Below are positions 1 to 10,138 of a DNA stretch of 64,000 bases, in pieces; within the stretch, counting starts at the first letter, position 1; each line of letters starts with the position of its first letter. The notes beneath the pieces are model-generated. The model did no database searches and was not told where the DNA came from. It saw only the letters and a program-made list of their open reading frames with translations. Source of the DNA: Candidatus Poribacteria bacterium. Its GTDB lineage: Bacteria; Poribacteria; WGA-4E; PCPOR2b. The stretch lies in contig OZ242326.1 in assembly GCA_965208325.1 (NCBI GenBank), positions 4,512,001-4,576,000 on the forward strand, written 5' to 3'. A program made the position numbers and the translations under genes.

Positions 1-264
1 CTGGTCGAACACGTCGGTACCGGCAATTACCGGCGCAATCACGTTGTTCACATTATGGGTTGCCTGGAGCATTCCGCGGCCGCCGTACCTTGCCGGATCG
101 CCGTCTAACAAGGTTAAGGCTTCGTATCTCCCTGCTGAAGAACCGAACGGGACGGATGCGATTCCAGTGATTCCGCTTTCTAACGTCACAATAGTCTCAA
201 TCGTGGGGTTTGCGCCGCTGCTCAGAATCTCTCGTGCTCGAATGGTTTTAATTTTTGCGTTCAA
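1..264 (-). CDS. eno: Enolase-family protein, N-terminal part (runs off window start); divergent
   Basis: Not in the ORF track. Manual translation from TTG at 264: MNAKIKTIRAREILSSGANPTIETIVTLESGITGIASVPFGSSAGRYEALTLLDGDPARYGGRGMLQATHNVNNVIAP, colinear with the enolase N-terminus (EILDSRGNPTVE...PSGASTG..EA..LRDGD..RY.GKGV). Confidence 0.85.
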   Translation of the reverse strand, partial: MNAKIKTIRAREILSSGANPTIETIVTLESGITGIASVPFGSSAGRYEALTLLDGDPARYGGRGMLQATHNVNNVIAPVIAGTDVFDQ

Positions 265-365
265 CCGGGTAATCTGCCTTTCTGGATGTGTGGGGGTGTT
301 CAAGGTTAACCTCAGTATTATACCATTATTATGTATTTATAGTGGATTTTACTTACGCCTAATGT

Positions 366-923
366 AAGGTTACGGCACACGGCGTGTGCGAAATACGTTA
401 TCGCGGCTGGAAGCCGCTCCCACAGGGGAAGGTTAAAGTAAATTCATGTAAAGACTATCGCCTGCGCTATTCGGGGATTGGCTGTGCGGGGGTGGGGTCA
501 TTGGAAGGGAGGAAGGATGGAAGGGGTTGCGATTGGCGATGCTGTCTGAACTGTGATTAAATGATGGGGTATGATTAAGGGAGTGTATAAGTATTCGGAA
601 GTTGATTGGATTGAGGGCGGTTTTTAAGATTGAAGTCCGTTTAAGACTATCGCCCTCCCTATTCAGTCGGTTGATCGTTGGGTTTCGCTACATCTATTGG
701 ATCTTGTACATGGTTAGGTTGACAGTGTTATTCGTTTAAGTGTGCGGTTTTTGAATGGATCCGCTCTACCCAACCTACAAGAGCAAGATGAAGGGACGTT
801 ATTTGGATATTGCGGCGCGTATGGTGTGTGCATGGTATGTTGGGCGGAAATCGTTTGTAGAAAGGTTACGGCACACGGCGTGTGCGAAATACGTTATCGC
901 GGCTGGAAGCCGCTCCTACAGGG
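366..923. repeat. 62-bp direct repeat (366-427 and 862-923) made of two REP-like hairpins; partial third copy near 1005
   Basis: aaggttacggcacacggcgtgtgcgaaatacgttatcgcggctggaagccgctcc(c/t)acaggg occurs twice with one mismatch. Confidence 0.9.
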
Positions 924-1152
924 TTTACTTGCCCCCAATGTTTAGACAGCTATGGCGGTCTGTTAATGGGTAAATTGAGTTGGAGGTAATACGTTTTCAC
1001 GCAAAGGTTACGGCACACGGAGTGTGCCTACTACTATGTGCGGGGCAAGATGCCCCGCCTACGGGTGAAGAGAATGAAACAACCGAAAGTGATATACTTG
1101 GTTTGGACGACGAACCTACCGCCGCGTACGAATCAACATTGTTTTACTATGG

Positions 1153-1185
1153 CATAGAACTCGGAATCAATCTATGCTATAATAA
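1153..1185 (+). promoter_or_regulatory. Putative extended -10 promoter (TGcTATAAT) with an overlapping inverted repeat
   Basis: gcataga-N13-tctatgc then TATAAT at 1178-1183, about 80 bp upstream of the ATG at 1260. Confidence 0.5.
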
Positions 1186-1259
1186 AAATATCGTCCAGCA
1201 GCGTACTCCGAGCGAAATCTGCTGGAAATTGGCGCATATAATTCAAAGGGGACGAACGG

Positions 1260-2288
1260 ATGGCGACATCGCGGCGGATTCAGGCGGATAGACTTCGGGA
1301 CTTTTGCACACAACTCTTTAAGGCTGTGGGGACACCGTCAGACATTGCGGTGGTAGAGGCCCGAATTCTTGTCAATTCTGACCTCAAGGGACATCTCTCC
1401 CACGGTGTCTTTCAGATTCCCGGTTATATTCAATCAATAGAAGATAAGGGGTTAATACCTGACGGCACTCCCGAGATAGTACGACAGACAGCGAGCACAG
1501 CTTTTGTGGATTCTAAACTGTGTTGGGGGCACTATGCCGGCGAATGGTGTATGAACCTAGCGATTGAGAAAGCGCGCACTACAGGCATGGGGTCGGTCAG
1601 TATCACAAATTCTCATCATATCGGTAGATTGGGTGAATACGCGGAGCAAGCCGCCGCAGCGGGCTTTGCCTCCCTCCTTGTGACCGGCGGGAAATCAGCA
1701 GGCGGCGCAAGTCCGTTTGGCGGCGCTGAAGGTGCGTTGGGCACGAATCCCATTGCGTTCGGTTTTCCAAGTGCAGATGGGAGGCATTTCGTCTCGGATT
1801 TTGCCACTACCGCAATCGCGGGTGCAAAAATCCACATTGCACGTATTAAAGGGACGGAACTTCCTCCCGGGTCGATCATTGACAAGCATGGGCATCCGAG
1901 TGTTGATCCCGAAGACTTTTTCGCTGGCGGACGGCTTCTCGTCTTCGGCGGGTACAAGGGGTATGCCATTTCATTGGTGACATGCCTGCTCGGCGGTTTA
2001 GCCGGCGTGGTTCCGAATTCAGGCGACGTGGGGGGAACCTATTTTCAAGCGATTGACATCGGCGCTTTCCAGCCGCTTGAGGATTATCAATCGGCCGTGC
2101 AGTCATTCATGAATGATTTCCGAGCTATCCCGCCGGCGCCGGGATTCTCGGAAGTAATGGTGCCTGGCGACCCGGAACGGAACAAGGAAGCAGAACAATT
2201 GCGCGAAGGGATTGATCTGCCTGAGAAGATTTGCCAAGAATTGCTGGAATACGCCGAGAAATACAGCGTTACAGCTACTCTAGGATAG
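1260..2288 (+). CDS. Ldh_2 family (malate/L-lactate/sulfolactate dehydrogenase-like) oxidoreductase
   Basis: Motifs SHGV, HHIGRLG, GTNPIAFGFP, D.ATT, GGYKGY and PGDPE; 342 aa. Confidence 0.9.
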   Translation: MATSRRIQADRLRDFCTQLFKAVGTPSDIAVVEARILVNSDLKGHLSHGVFQIPGYIQSIEDKGLIPDGTPEIVRQTASTAFVDSKLCWGHYAGEWCMNLAIEKARTTGMGSVSITNSHHIGRLGEYAEQAAAAGFASLLVTGGKSAGGASPFGGAEGALGTNPIAFGFPSADGRHFVSDFATTAIAGAKIHIARIKGTELPPGSIIDKHGHPSVDPEDFFAGGRLLVFGGYKGYAISLVTCLLGGLAGVVPNSGDVGGTYFQAIDIGAFQPLEDYQSAVQSFMNDFRAIPPAPGFSEVMVPGDPERNKEAEQLREGIDLPEKICQELLEYAEKYSVTATLG

Positions 2289-2482
2289 AACAGCACCCTC
2301 GGCGCTATATCCTTGAGCTGGAGCATTCGAAGAAATTTGAAGCGTTACGGATGCGAAGGATTTGAGCGAAGAATGGCGCCGCACAGCGCTAGTTCAGTAG
2401 GTTTAATCGAGCACGCAGTAGTATAGGCGGCATCATTATCAAGCTAAGCCGATTCTTAAAAAAAACCTAGGGGAGTAACCTC

Positions 2483-3274
2483 ATGACAGAAGAACAGGTC
2501 AACTATTTTCGGACATTTGGGTTTATCCAATTCAAAGATTTTCTTGAGCCGGAAGAGGTAGAAACGCTGTCGGAGGCTTTTGAGGAAGCCATGTTAAAGG
2601 GACGCAACGGTGCACCGCCGCCGAAGCCGAATGAGCCGAGGCAACAGATAAATAATAGTATTCCACCGCATATCTCATTCTTCGACCTCAACCCTGACGT
2701 GTTTTATCCGTTATTGGTCGATGAACGGTTCGTCGATGTGTTCCGAAACTTGCTTGGCGACGACTTTATCCTTCCTATTAGTGAGGGGATTCTCCATACC
2801 GCCGGATCCGACTGGCACCACGACAACGTTGCCGAACCGCCTTACTTTACGATGCGTGCGCATATCTATTTGGATCACCTTGGTCCGGAGGATGGTTGCC
2901 TCAATGTTATACCGGGCAGCCATTTTAGTGAGTTCCGGGAAGCGCTTGCCGAGAATATTGGCGGGTTGGGGGTAGGTGCAAAGGACGTGCCGGGCCGGTT
3001 TGCCCTCGTGAACGAGCCGAGGGATGTTATTTTTCTGAATCATAAGACGCACCATTCTGCTTTGAGCGACAGACCCTACCGCCGGTGTATCCATATTAAC
3101 GCTATCAAGCCTAGGCATACGGAATCGGTGCCCGAACAGATTGAGACATTGAAAAACAGCTTGCATGCAAAATATGCGGAAACACGGATTACGGCTGCTG
3201 CCGCGTTGAAGCGGATTGGCACCCCCGAAGCGTTGGCGGCGCTTGAAGCTCACGAAACGTCGAGTCTGGATTGA
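2483..3274 (+). CDS. Phytanoyl-CoA dioxygenase (PhyH) family protein with a C-terminal HEAT-like helix pair
   Basis: F..FGF start, WHHD, GCLNVIPGSH, HHSA; tail RITAAAALKRIGTPEALAAL. Confidence 0.85.
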   Translation: MTEEQVNYFRTFGFIQFKDFLEPEEVETLSEAFEEAMLKGRNGAPPPKPNEPRQQINNSIPPHISFFDLNPDVFYPLLVDERFVDVFRNLLGDDFILPISEGILHTAGSDWHHDNVAEPPYFTMRAHIYLDHLGPEDGCLNVIPGSHFSEFREALAENIGGLGVGAKDVPGRFALVNEPRDVIFLNHKTHHSALSDRPYRRCIHINAIKPRHTESVPEQIETLKNSLHAKYAETRITAAAALKRIGTPEALAALEAHETSSLD

Positions 3275-3429
3275 GATTAGCGTGCCTCAATGTGTAGCTG
3301 CGTCGTCGGAAAGTTGGAAACAACGCGCCCGAGGCACGATTACGATTTGACCGCGTATACTCTACAGTATCGCGATGCGACACCTTCGCTAATGGACAAG
3401 GTACGAGTATTTCTGATTAACTGGAGATT

Positions 3430-4191
3430 GTGATGGCATCCTCCATACACATCACCGATGCGCAAAAACAGCAGTTTGAGGAAGACGGCTATTTCATTCT
3501 AAATAGCGTTATCCCGTCTCATTTTCTGAAATTGCTTCGAGGCGAATGCCAGACGTTCATTGATCAGGCGAACGCCGAAATGGATAAGCAAAACACGGAC
3601 AGCCTGGGCCTCAACCACCGGAACAAACGCTATTTTGTCGCCAACTGCTTTAGACAGCAGCCGAAGCTACGTACATTCCTTTTCAGCGATTTGATGGCGG
3701 AAGTCTGCCGTGCGACGCTCGGGGATACGGCATACCTTTTCTGGGAACAGTATGTCGTGAAAGGTGCAGACGGCGGCATGAAGTTTGGCTGGCACCAGGA
3801 TTCAGGGTATGTTGGCTACCCGGACCACAAGCCTTATTTGACCTGCTGGTGTGCGTTGGACGATATGACGGAGGAAAACGGCACTGCTTACATCATGCCC
3901 TTTTCTCGGATCGGCATCCGCTCATGGGTGAAACATTTTCATGAAGAAGGCAGCAATGACCGAATCGGGTATTTCGGAGACGATCCCGGAATTCCGGTAA
4001 TTGCGCCGGCGGGGAGCATTGCGGTATTTACCAGTATTAACTTTCACCGCAGCGGGCCGAATCGGACTAGCCGATTGCGCCGCACATATTTGGCGCAATA
4101 TTCCGCCGAGCCGATTCTTTCTGCGGACGGCGCTAAATTGTGGGGAAACGCGGAGCCGTTGATGGTTGATGGGAATCGGTGCGCACCGTAA
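3430..4191 (+). CDS. PhyH family Fe(II)/2OG dioxygenase
   Basis: FEEDGY, WHQD, W.ALDD...ENG, HRSGPN.....RR. Confidence 0.9.
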   Translation: MMASSIHITDAQKQQFEEDGYFILNSVIPSHFLKLLRGECQTFIDQANAEMDKQNTDSLGLNHRNKRYFVANCFRQQPKLRTFLFSDLMAEVCRATLGDTAYLFWEQYVVKGADGGMKFGWHQDSGYVGYPDHKPYLTCWCALDDMTEENGTAYIMPFSRIGIRSWVKHFHEEGSNDRIGYFGDDPGIPVIAPAGSIAVFTSINFHRSGPNRTSRLRRTYLAQYSAEPILSADGAKLWGNAEPLMVDGNRCAP

Positions 4192-4232
4192 GCGGGGAAC
4201 ACAGGATTCTAACGCGACGAAAAGAGGGCGAT

Positions 4233-5156
4233 ATGGCGCCGGAACTTGAATTGAAAATTGATGTGCCGAAGGTGCTTGACGAGCGGATGGTCAATTCCTT
4301 CGTTGAGATGGGCTATCTCGCCGTTCCGGAATTGGTTTGCCCTGACGAAATCGAGGAGTTGCGCCGCGATGCCGCCAAATTAGCTCGCGGCGATTATCCA
4401 AACGAAGGTTCAGAATCCTTACCGGCTGGACTCAGCGATGAGGAGGCGTTGCAATACATCCTGTGTATTCATCAGCCGCACTTTGTCAGTCTCGTCATGC
4501 AGAGGTACGTGAAGCATCCGAGGATTTGCGGCGCGTTAAGCCAACTTGCGGCGGCGCATCTGCCGTATTGGGACGGCAGCGTGAAGTGCATGCAGTCGAT
4601 GCTATTCGTCAAACCGGCGGGGTTTCAAGGACAGGCGTGGCATCAGGACGAGATTTACATTCCGACGCGCGACCGCTCCTTGATTGGCGCATGGATTGCC
4701 ATGGATGATGCGACCGTCGAAAACGGATGCTTGTGGGTGCTTCCCGGCTCGCACCGCACGGGTTACCTATACCCGCAGCGGAACCACAACCGCCCCGACG
4801 AGTTCGATTTTTCCCAAGAGAGTTTCGGTTTCGATGATTCCGGCGAAATTCCGGTCGAGGTGCAGACAGGAACAGTCGTATTCTTCAACGGTTATCTGTT
4901 ACACCGTTCTCGAAAGAACCGCGGCGACGACTTTCGGCGCGTTCTGGTGAATCACTATTGCAATGCGTGGTCGCTGCTTCCGTGGGGTTTGCGAGATGGT
5001 GAACACCCCGCGAATGCAGATCGGCGCTGTATCGTACCGGTTGCGGGAATCGATCCCTATGCGTGGAAGGGTTACGAGGCGCCGCCGCAACGCTTTCATT
5101 TGCGTATGTGCAAAGCCGTCGAGGAACGGCGGGCGGAACTAGAAGCGACGAAGTAG
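4233..5156 (+). CDS. PhyH family Fe(II)/2OG dioxygenase
   Basis: WHQDE, WIAMDDATVENGCLWVLPGSH, LLHRS; ATG at 4233 after gaggg preferred over GTG at 4179. Confidence 0.9.
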   Translation: MAPELELKIDVPKVLDERMVNSFVEMGYLAVPELVCPDEIEELRRDAAKLARGDYPNEGSESLPAGLSDEEALQYILCIHQPHFVSLVMQRYVKHPRICGALSQLAAAHLPYWDGSVKCMQSMLFVKPAGFQGQAWHQDEIYIPTRDRSLIGAWIAMDDATVENGCLWVLPGSHRTGYLYPQRNHNRPDEFDFSQESFGFDDSGEIPVEVQTGTVVFFNGYLLHRSRKNRGDDFRRVLVNHYCNAWSLLPWGLRDGEHPANADRRCIVPVAGIDPYAWKGYEAPPQRFHLRMCKAVEERRAELEATK

Positions 5157-5262
5157 AGGTTTGAGAATCGATGCCGTCTGGAGCAGCATAACATGTACTT
5201 GGGTTTCTGACTAGGGTGAATTGCAAAAATTTGACAATTAGCGTTAAAATTTATGTGCGGAG

Positions 5263-5940
5263 GTGTTTTTCATGAAAATCCGGTTCGACAAACTGCTAAT
5301 TGGGTCAATTGTTGCCGCTCTGCTCATTGCGGGCGGTGCGTATTTCGGAGGACGCTGGATTTATCGAGATTTACCGGGTGATACGTCAAAACGCCCGACA
5401 CCGCCCACGATAGAGAAAGATTCCATAGGTGCCAGAGACGATGGAGGCAGGGTATCGGCGCCGAGTTTTCCGAGCCGCCGCAGCAGTGACGACGCTTCCG
5501 CAGATTCATCCGTGCTCAGCGGCGAAGCCGATCGAGTCACGGCGGACCTGGAGCAGACGAGGCGGCACCTGAAAGCGTGGGGCGATGATTATCTTAAACA
5601 ATTCCCGGATGTGCCTGCGGTCGAGGCAACTGTCAAAGGCCTTCAGGAACTACTGGTGCGGGTTGCCGACCGAAACCAGCAATTGAAGCAAGAAGGCGTT
5701 CCGATGGATGCGCGAATGAGGGAACTCGCCAAATTTGCCGAGAAAACCTCGGACGACATCGTAACGCGGAGACGTACCAAGGAACTTCACATCCAGTTGC
5801 TTCGTGAAAACACTGAGTTGAAGTTGAAAATTGACCGTTACATGCATAGCAATCAATATTTCCTACTTTTCCCACCTTACCTGCTGGGGTTGAGCGAGGA
5901 AGAATTACACGCGCTTCAGCATGAACATCATCACAACTAG
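5263..5940 (+). CDS. Hypothetical protein, N-terminal membrane anchor and helical C-terminal region
   Basis: 225-aa ORF with hydrophobic LLIGSIVAALLIAGGAYFGG and a GGAGG RBS; no family recognised. Confidence 0.65.
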   Translation: MFFMKIRFDKLLIGSIVAALLIAGGAYFGGRWIYRDLPGDTSKRPTPPTIEKDSIGARDDGGRVSAPSFPSRRSSDDASADSSVLSGEADRVTADLEQTRRHLKAWGDDYLKQFPDVPAVEATVKGLQELLVRVADRNQQLKQEGVPMDARMRELAKFAEKTSDDIVTRRRTKELHIQLLRENTELKLKIDRYMHSNQYFLLFPPYLLGLSEEELHALQHEHHHN

Positions 5941-6010
5941 CCTTAGCTGAGACAGGGGTAACCTAGTTCACCTAACATATCAAATAATAATTCGATAAGG
6001 AGACCGATAA

Positions 6011-6511
6011 ATGCGCATGCATAAAAACTCAATCCGCGCTTTAGTGATAGCAATTTTTTCTCTGACTACGGTGTTTGTGTTTTTTACAGTTGCCTCGTAC
6101 GCGATTTCTGTAGACAAGGGGTGCAATTCTAGTATTTGGACTCCGTGGTATTACTTTGGATCAACAGATGTTAAGTTAAAAACTCATGGTTACGCCGAAC
6201 ACCTTCGGGTATGGCTTTTCGACCACCAGATACACGTTCATATCGGCGGGGGTCGCGCTTATGCAAGCGCAGGATATGATCGGGAAGTGGCAGATCCGCC
6301 TCTGTCTGATGATGGCCCCCGTGAAAAAACATTCAATTTTTATATTTCCTCCACTAATTCCCCAAATGACCTCAGCGATCTCGCTAATTTCAAGGTTTCT
6401 GCGACAATTCGAGCGTATGCGACTGAAACCGCTTATACATACGGTTATGTAAGGGAAGGCAACCCTGGTGAGGAAGGCTACTCCGTCGCGTCCTCATGCA
6501 CAGGGCAATGA
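6011..6511 (+). CDS. Hypothetical secreted protein
   Basis: AAGGAG RBS; signal peptide ending ASYA; beta-rich mature region with Cys near both ends. Confidence 0.7.
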   Translation: MRMHKNSIRALVIAIFSLTTVFVFFTVASYAISVDKGCNSSIWTPWYYFGSTDVKLKTHGYAEHLRVWLFDHQIHVHIGGGRAYASAGYDREVADPPLSDDGPREKTFNFYISSTNSPNDLSDLANFKVSATIRAYATETAYTYGYVREGNPGEEGYSVASSCTGQ

Positions 6512-6527
6512 AAAGGAAAACTGATGA

Positions 6528-7622
6528 ATGAAATCCCTTAGAACATTGCTCTGTTTATGCGCCGTTGCCATTGTCGTGGCTTTAGGCGTTGCTATCGTGA
6601 TACTCAAGCAAGGTTCCCTTTCCAATCTAAGCGACACCGGGTCGAGGGAGTCTTTTAAGGACAATTTCACAACCAGCGAGGCTACTTTGTCCACGCCAAA
6701 AGCCGACGGTCGAACGAAGGGAGGCGGTTCCACCTCTGGTAACGGTGTTGCAGACCCGAAACCGGTTCATCAAGCGATGTCAGGCGGACACACAATGGCT
6801 GATTCGTCCCTCACCCCGGAGGTTCCGATTTGGTTTCCGGATGGGACGCTTGTGCCGCAACCTCCGCAGAGAACATTAGAAGAGGACGTAGCACTTGTAA
6901 AACGCTTTCTTGAGTTTTATGACAAAGATTCATCAACGATTGGCGTTGTTGACCGGGGAGGCGGCAAGTATTTCCCGCTATACCCAAACACAGTCTACCT
7001 TACACCCATAAAGCGTGTAAATGAACAGGGACAGGAGCATTGGATAGGGCAAACCGCTTTCGGTACGGCAGGGATACCCGATGATGCGCCAATCCCCGCG
7101 GGCGTAAGAGTTATAGAACTCAGCCCGCAGGGCGATCCGATTCGGGAGTACATTGCATCTGGTGATTGGCGGGAGTACCTATTAGAACAAGGTGTCGACC
7201 CGACTCAGCTTGAGGACATTCTTGCCGAATTGGAAAAGGTGGGTGATCCTACGAAAGGGGCTAACACTGCTGTCGTTGACGCGATGAACGACGAAGGGAT
7301 TGCCGACACGGTGACCTATCCCGATCAAACCGATGACTTCGCCGAGAATTACCCGCACGATGAAGTAGACGCGGAGTCGTCTGACCAGTCAACGCGGGCG
7401 GATAGAGAACAGCGATTGCGTTCGTTAATGCGTAAATTGGAACTTGAAGACGAAGAATACCGTCAGGAGAGGGAAAACGCTGAAACGGTAGAACGGCAAA
7501 TTCGACCGCAAGTGCGCGAAGAGCCCGATAACCCGGAAGAAATCCTCAAGCGAGGTAGGGTTGCGGGGAATGACAGGGAGACTGAAGAAGAATCTGGAAA
7601 GTATGCATCGCCACCAGATTAA
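6528..7622 (+). CDS. Hypothetical membrane-anchored protein with an acidic low-complexity tail
   Basis: N-terminal TM segment, central YFPLYPNTVY motif, E/R-rich C-terminus. Confidence 0.7.
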   Translation: MKSLRTLLCLCAVAIVVALGVAIVILKQGSLSNLSDTGSRESFKDNFTTSEATLSTPKADGRTKGGGSTSGNGVADPKPVHQAMSGGHTMADSSLTPEVPIWFPDGTLVPQPPQRTLEEDVALVKRFLEFYDKDSSTIGVVDRGGGKYFPLYPNTVYLTPIKRVNEQGQEHWIGQTAFGTAGIPDDAPIPAGVRVIELSPQGDPIREYIASGDWREYLLEQGVDPTQLEDILAELEKVGDPTKGANTAVVDAMNDEGIADTVTYPDQTDDFAENYPHDEVDAESSDQSTRADREQRLRSLMRKLELEDEEYRQERENAETVERQIRPQVREEPDNPEEILKRGRVAGNDRETEEESGKYASPPD

Positions 7623-7645
7623 TTTACCCTAATGAAGGCCAATGA

Positions 7646-7676
7646 AGCCCGAGGAATCGCACCTCGGGCTTTTTTT
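7646..7676 (+). terminator. Rho-independent terminator
   Basis: aagcccgagg-aatcgca-cctcgggctt hairpin followed by a T run, just after the stop at 7622. Confidence 0.85.
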
Positions 7677-7773
7677 GTGCATAGAAGTCATTTGGTTCCG
7701 CCGAAACAGAGTAAAAGTTGTGGACGCAAATCGCTCCCTTAACTGCGTTAGTTTAACTTGGTACGCATTTCAA

Positions 7774-8565
7774 TTAGGCTAGATAAATGGGCAAGCTGCT
7801 GTCGGCGCCGCGGTAATCATCATGCTTGCCGGACAGCCATAAGAATACTTCGGCGGTATCATTGAAAGCCCGGTGCGCCTCCCGTCCGTATGGGAAATGG
7901 CCTGACCGCATATTATAGAGGTCGTCCATGTTGAAATCCGGTTCGACAATCCAGTCGCGCTCCGGCGGCACGGTACGTACGTACCAGTATTTCAACATAT
8001 TGCGAACGCCGGTTGCAGTGGATGCTCCCTTTCGGTGCCACAATTGATAGATGGTAACGAAGATAGACCCTGCGGGCGCCGCCGTTGAAATGACGCCGCG
8101 AATCCCCGTGTAGTGCGCCATGTAACTCTGCAGTGCGAAGAAGTAATGCGAACCGGGCACCACGTCGGTCGGCCCCATTTCAACAGGGGTATCGTGCGGA
8201 TAATAAAAAACCTGTAACGCGTCTATTTTAGGACCGTAAATCGAGCCGCCATCACGGTGCCAATGCTGCGGCGGTGCAGGGCAATTCGCGCGATGGTTGC
8301 TCATGAAAATGGGCAGTTGGAAATTTCGACCCAATAACGTCCGGATGATTCCGGCCGCTTGGGGATTGAGAATCACATTGTCTACAAACCAATCATGCTG
8401 GAGGATACCGTCTGCGTCATCGGGCTGAATGTCTGCAAGAAAATCTACTGTTTTTCGGTTTATCTCGTCGGGAACAACTGCCTCCAGCATTAGAAACCCT
8501 TTTTGGCAGAAGTTGTACACCTGGGTGTCTGTCATTGTTGGTTCGCAATCAAAGGTTCGTTTCAT
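7774..8565 (-). CDS. PhyH family dioxygenase
   Basis: FCQKGF, WHRDG, GPTDVVPGSH, APAGS, LWHR; close paralog of 9156-10013. Confidence 0.9.
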   Translation of the reverse strand: MKRTFDCEPTMTDTQVYNFCQKGFLMLEAVVPDEINRKTVDFLADIQPDDADGILQHDWFVDNVILNPQAAGIIRTLLGRNFQLPIFMSNHRANCPAPPQHWHRDGGSIYGPKIDALQVFYYPHDTPVEMGPTDVVPGSHYFFALQSYMAHYTGIRGVISTAAPAGSIFVTIYQLWHRKGASTATGVRNMLKYWYVRTVPPERDWIVEPDFNMDDLYNMRSGHFPYGREAHRAFNDTAEVFLWLSGKHDDYRGADSSLPIYLA

Positions 8566-8566
8566 T

Positions 8567-8942
8567 ATAGATAGACTCCATTTTTTAAATTGATTTTGGA
8601 TTGTGGATAAAAAATCTGGATGTTAATCCTGACATGCTTTCAGTATTTCCGCGCTGTGTTACTGTGTTCGCTGTGAAATATGAAATGACGGGGTATGTTT
8701 CCTCTCAAGAAACCGACTGATTGAAAATCGAGGCTAGGAAGCCTCTCCCACAAAATAGATAGACTCCATATGTTGAATTGAATTTAGATTGTGGATAAAA
8801 AGTCTGGATGTCTATCCTGACATGCTTTCAGTATTTGCGTGCTGTGTTACTGTGTTCGCTGTGAAATATGAAATGACGGGGTATGTTTCCTCTTGAGAAG
8901 CTGACTGATTGAAAATCGAGGCTATGAAGCCTCTCCCACAAA
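8567..8942. repeat. Tandem duplication of a 188-bp non-coding unit (8567-8754, 8755-8942)
   Basis: Both units start atagatagactcca and end aatcgaggct..gaagcctctcccacaaa, with scattered substitutions. Confidence 0.9.
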
Positions 8943-9155
8943 TGAATAAGTATAGGAGTTACGCAGTTGAACGATTGGGTGTTGTAGTTTAATGCTTCAT
9001 CACCAATGCGGGGCATGGGGAAAACTATCGCATTCGCAATCCGCTCAATTGATCCCCGCTTACGGAGGGTAGTGGGGTACTATACACCTTCGGCCCTCTT
9101 GGCGCTGTATAAAATGCATTTTCGAACAAGTTCTAAGGTACGATTCGCTTGCAGG

Positions 9156-10013
9156 CTATCCGTCGGCTGGGAATTTGTGGAAACCTTCGGGCTTTCGGGA
9201 CGGTGAATAAGCCATTGGCCACCCGCCGCCGCCTACGAAAGCGGGGAACTCTTTTGCCTTCCCACAAACCCAGAAGAACATCTGGGCGGCATCATACCAG
9301 TCGCGATGTTGTTGCCGAGGCGGCGGAGAGGGCCACCCATCCCAACTGTACGGGGCAGTACCGAAATTAAAGTCGGGTTCGCAGATCCAATCCCGCTGCG
9401 GAGGTACAGTTCTCCAATAACAGTATTTTAACAGACTTCGGATGCCAGGGACAGTAGACGCGGTACGCCGATGCCATATCGAATAGACGGTAATGAAAAT
9501 AGTGCCCGCCGGGGCCGCCGTTTTGACGCCGCCGCGGATGCCATTGTAGTGGGACATCCAACTCTGCAAGGCAAAAAGGAAATGCGACCCGGGCAAAACC
9601 TCCGTTGGACCGAGCTCCAGCGGCGTGTCTTGGGGATAGTAAAACACCTGCAGGTGATTCAATTCTGAACCGTAGTGGGAGCCGCCGTCCCGGTGCCACT
9701 GTTGCGCCGGAGCGGGACACTGAACCCAATGGTTGCTTGGCCTGATGGGCAGGCCGAAATTATTGCCCAGCAATGACCGCACCGCGCCCGCGGCTTGTGG
9801 GTTAAGAAGTACGTTCTCGACAAACCAGTCCTCTTGACCGAGCGGGTTGTTGATAGTGGCTTGGAACGTCCGAAACTTATTCACATCTATGTATTCGCAC
9901 GTTCGCCGGTTGATTGTATCCGGAACTACACCTTCCAGCATTAGGTAGCCGCGTTTGCAGAATTCCAGTACCTGTGCATCTGTCAGTGTGGGTTCACAGT
10001 CATATGTTTGCAT
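9156..10013 (-). CDS. PhyH family dioxygenase
   Basis: MQTYDCEPTLTD aligns with MKRTFDCEPTMTD of 7774-8565; WHRDG, GPTEVLPGSH, IWHR. Confidence 0.9.
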   Translation of the reverse strand: MQTYDCEPTLTDAQVLEFCKRGYLMLEGVVPDTINRRTCEYIDVNKFRTFQATINNPLGQEDWFVENVLLNPQAAGAVRSLLGNNFGLPIRPSNHWVQCPAPAQQWHRDGGSHYGSELNHLQVFYYPQDTPLELGPTEVLPGSHFLFALQSWMSHYNGIRGGVKTAAPAGTIFITVYSIWHRRTASTVPGIRSLLKYCYWRTVPPQRDWICEPDFNFGTAPYSWDGWPSPPPRQQHRDWYDAAQMFFWVCGKAKEFPAFVGGGGWPMAYSPSRKPEGFHKFPADG

Positions 10014-10138
10014 TGGACAAGCTCCAATTTTCCCAAAGTGCGTTAGTTTTAAGATTTGCTGCAACTGCGGAATAACAGTTTAAAGCCTGATTGAAAAATA
10101 GGTGACCTAACCATTCGTCGGCGTTTAGTTTGCCTAAT

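Noticed and set aside
44..1291. Plus-strand ORFs 44-367, 742-945, 755-973 and 980-1291
   Set aside because: Antisense to the enolase fragment or translations of REP-like repeats.
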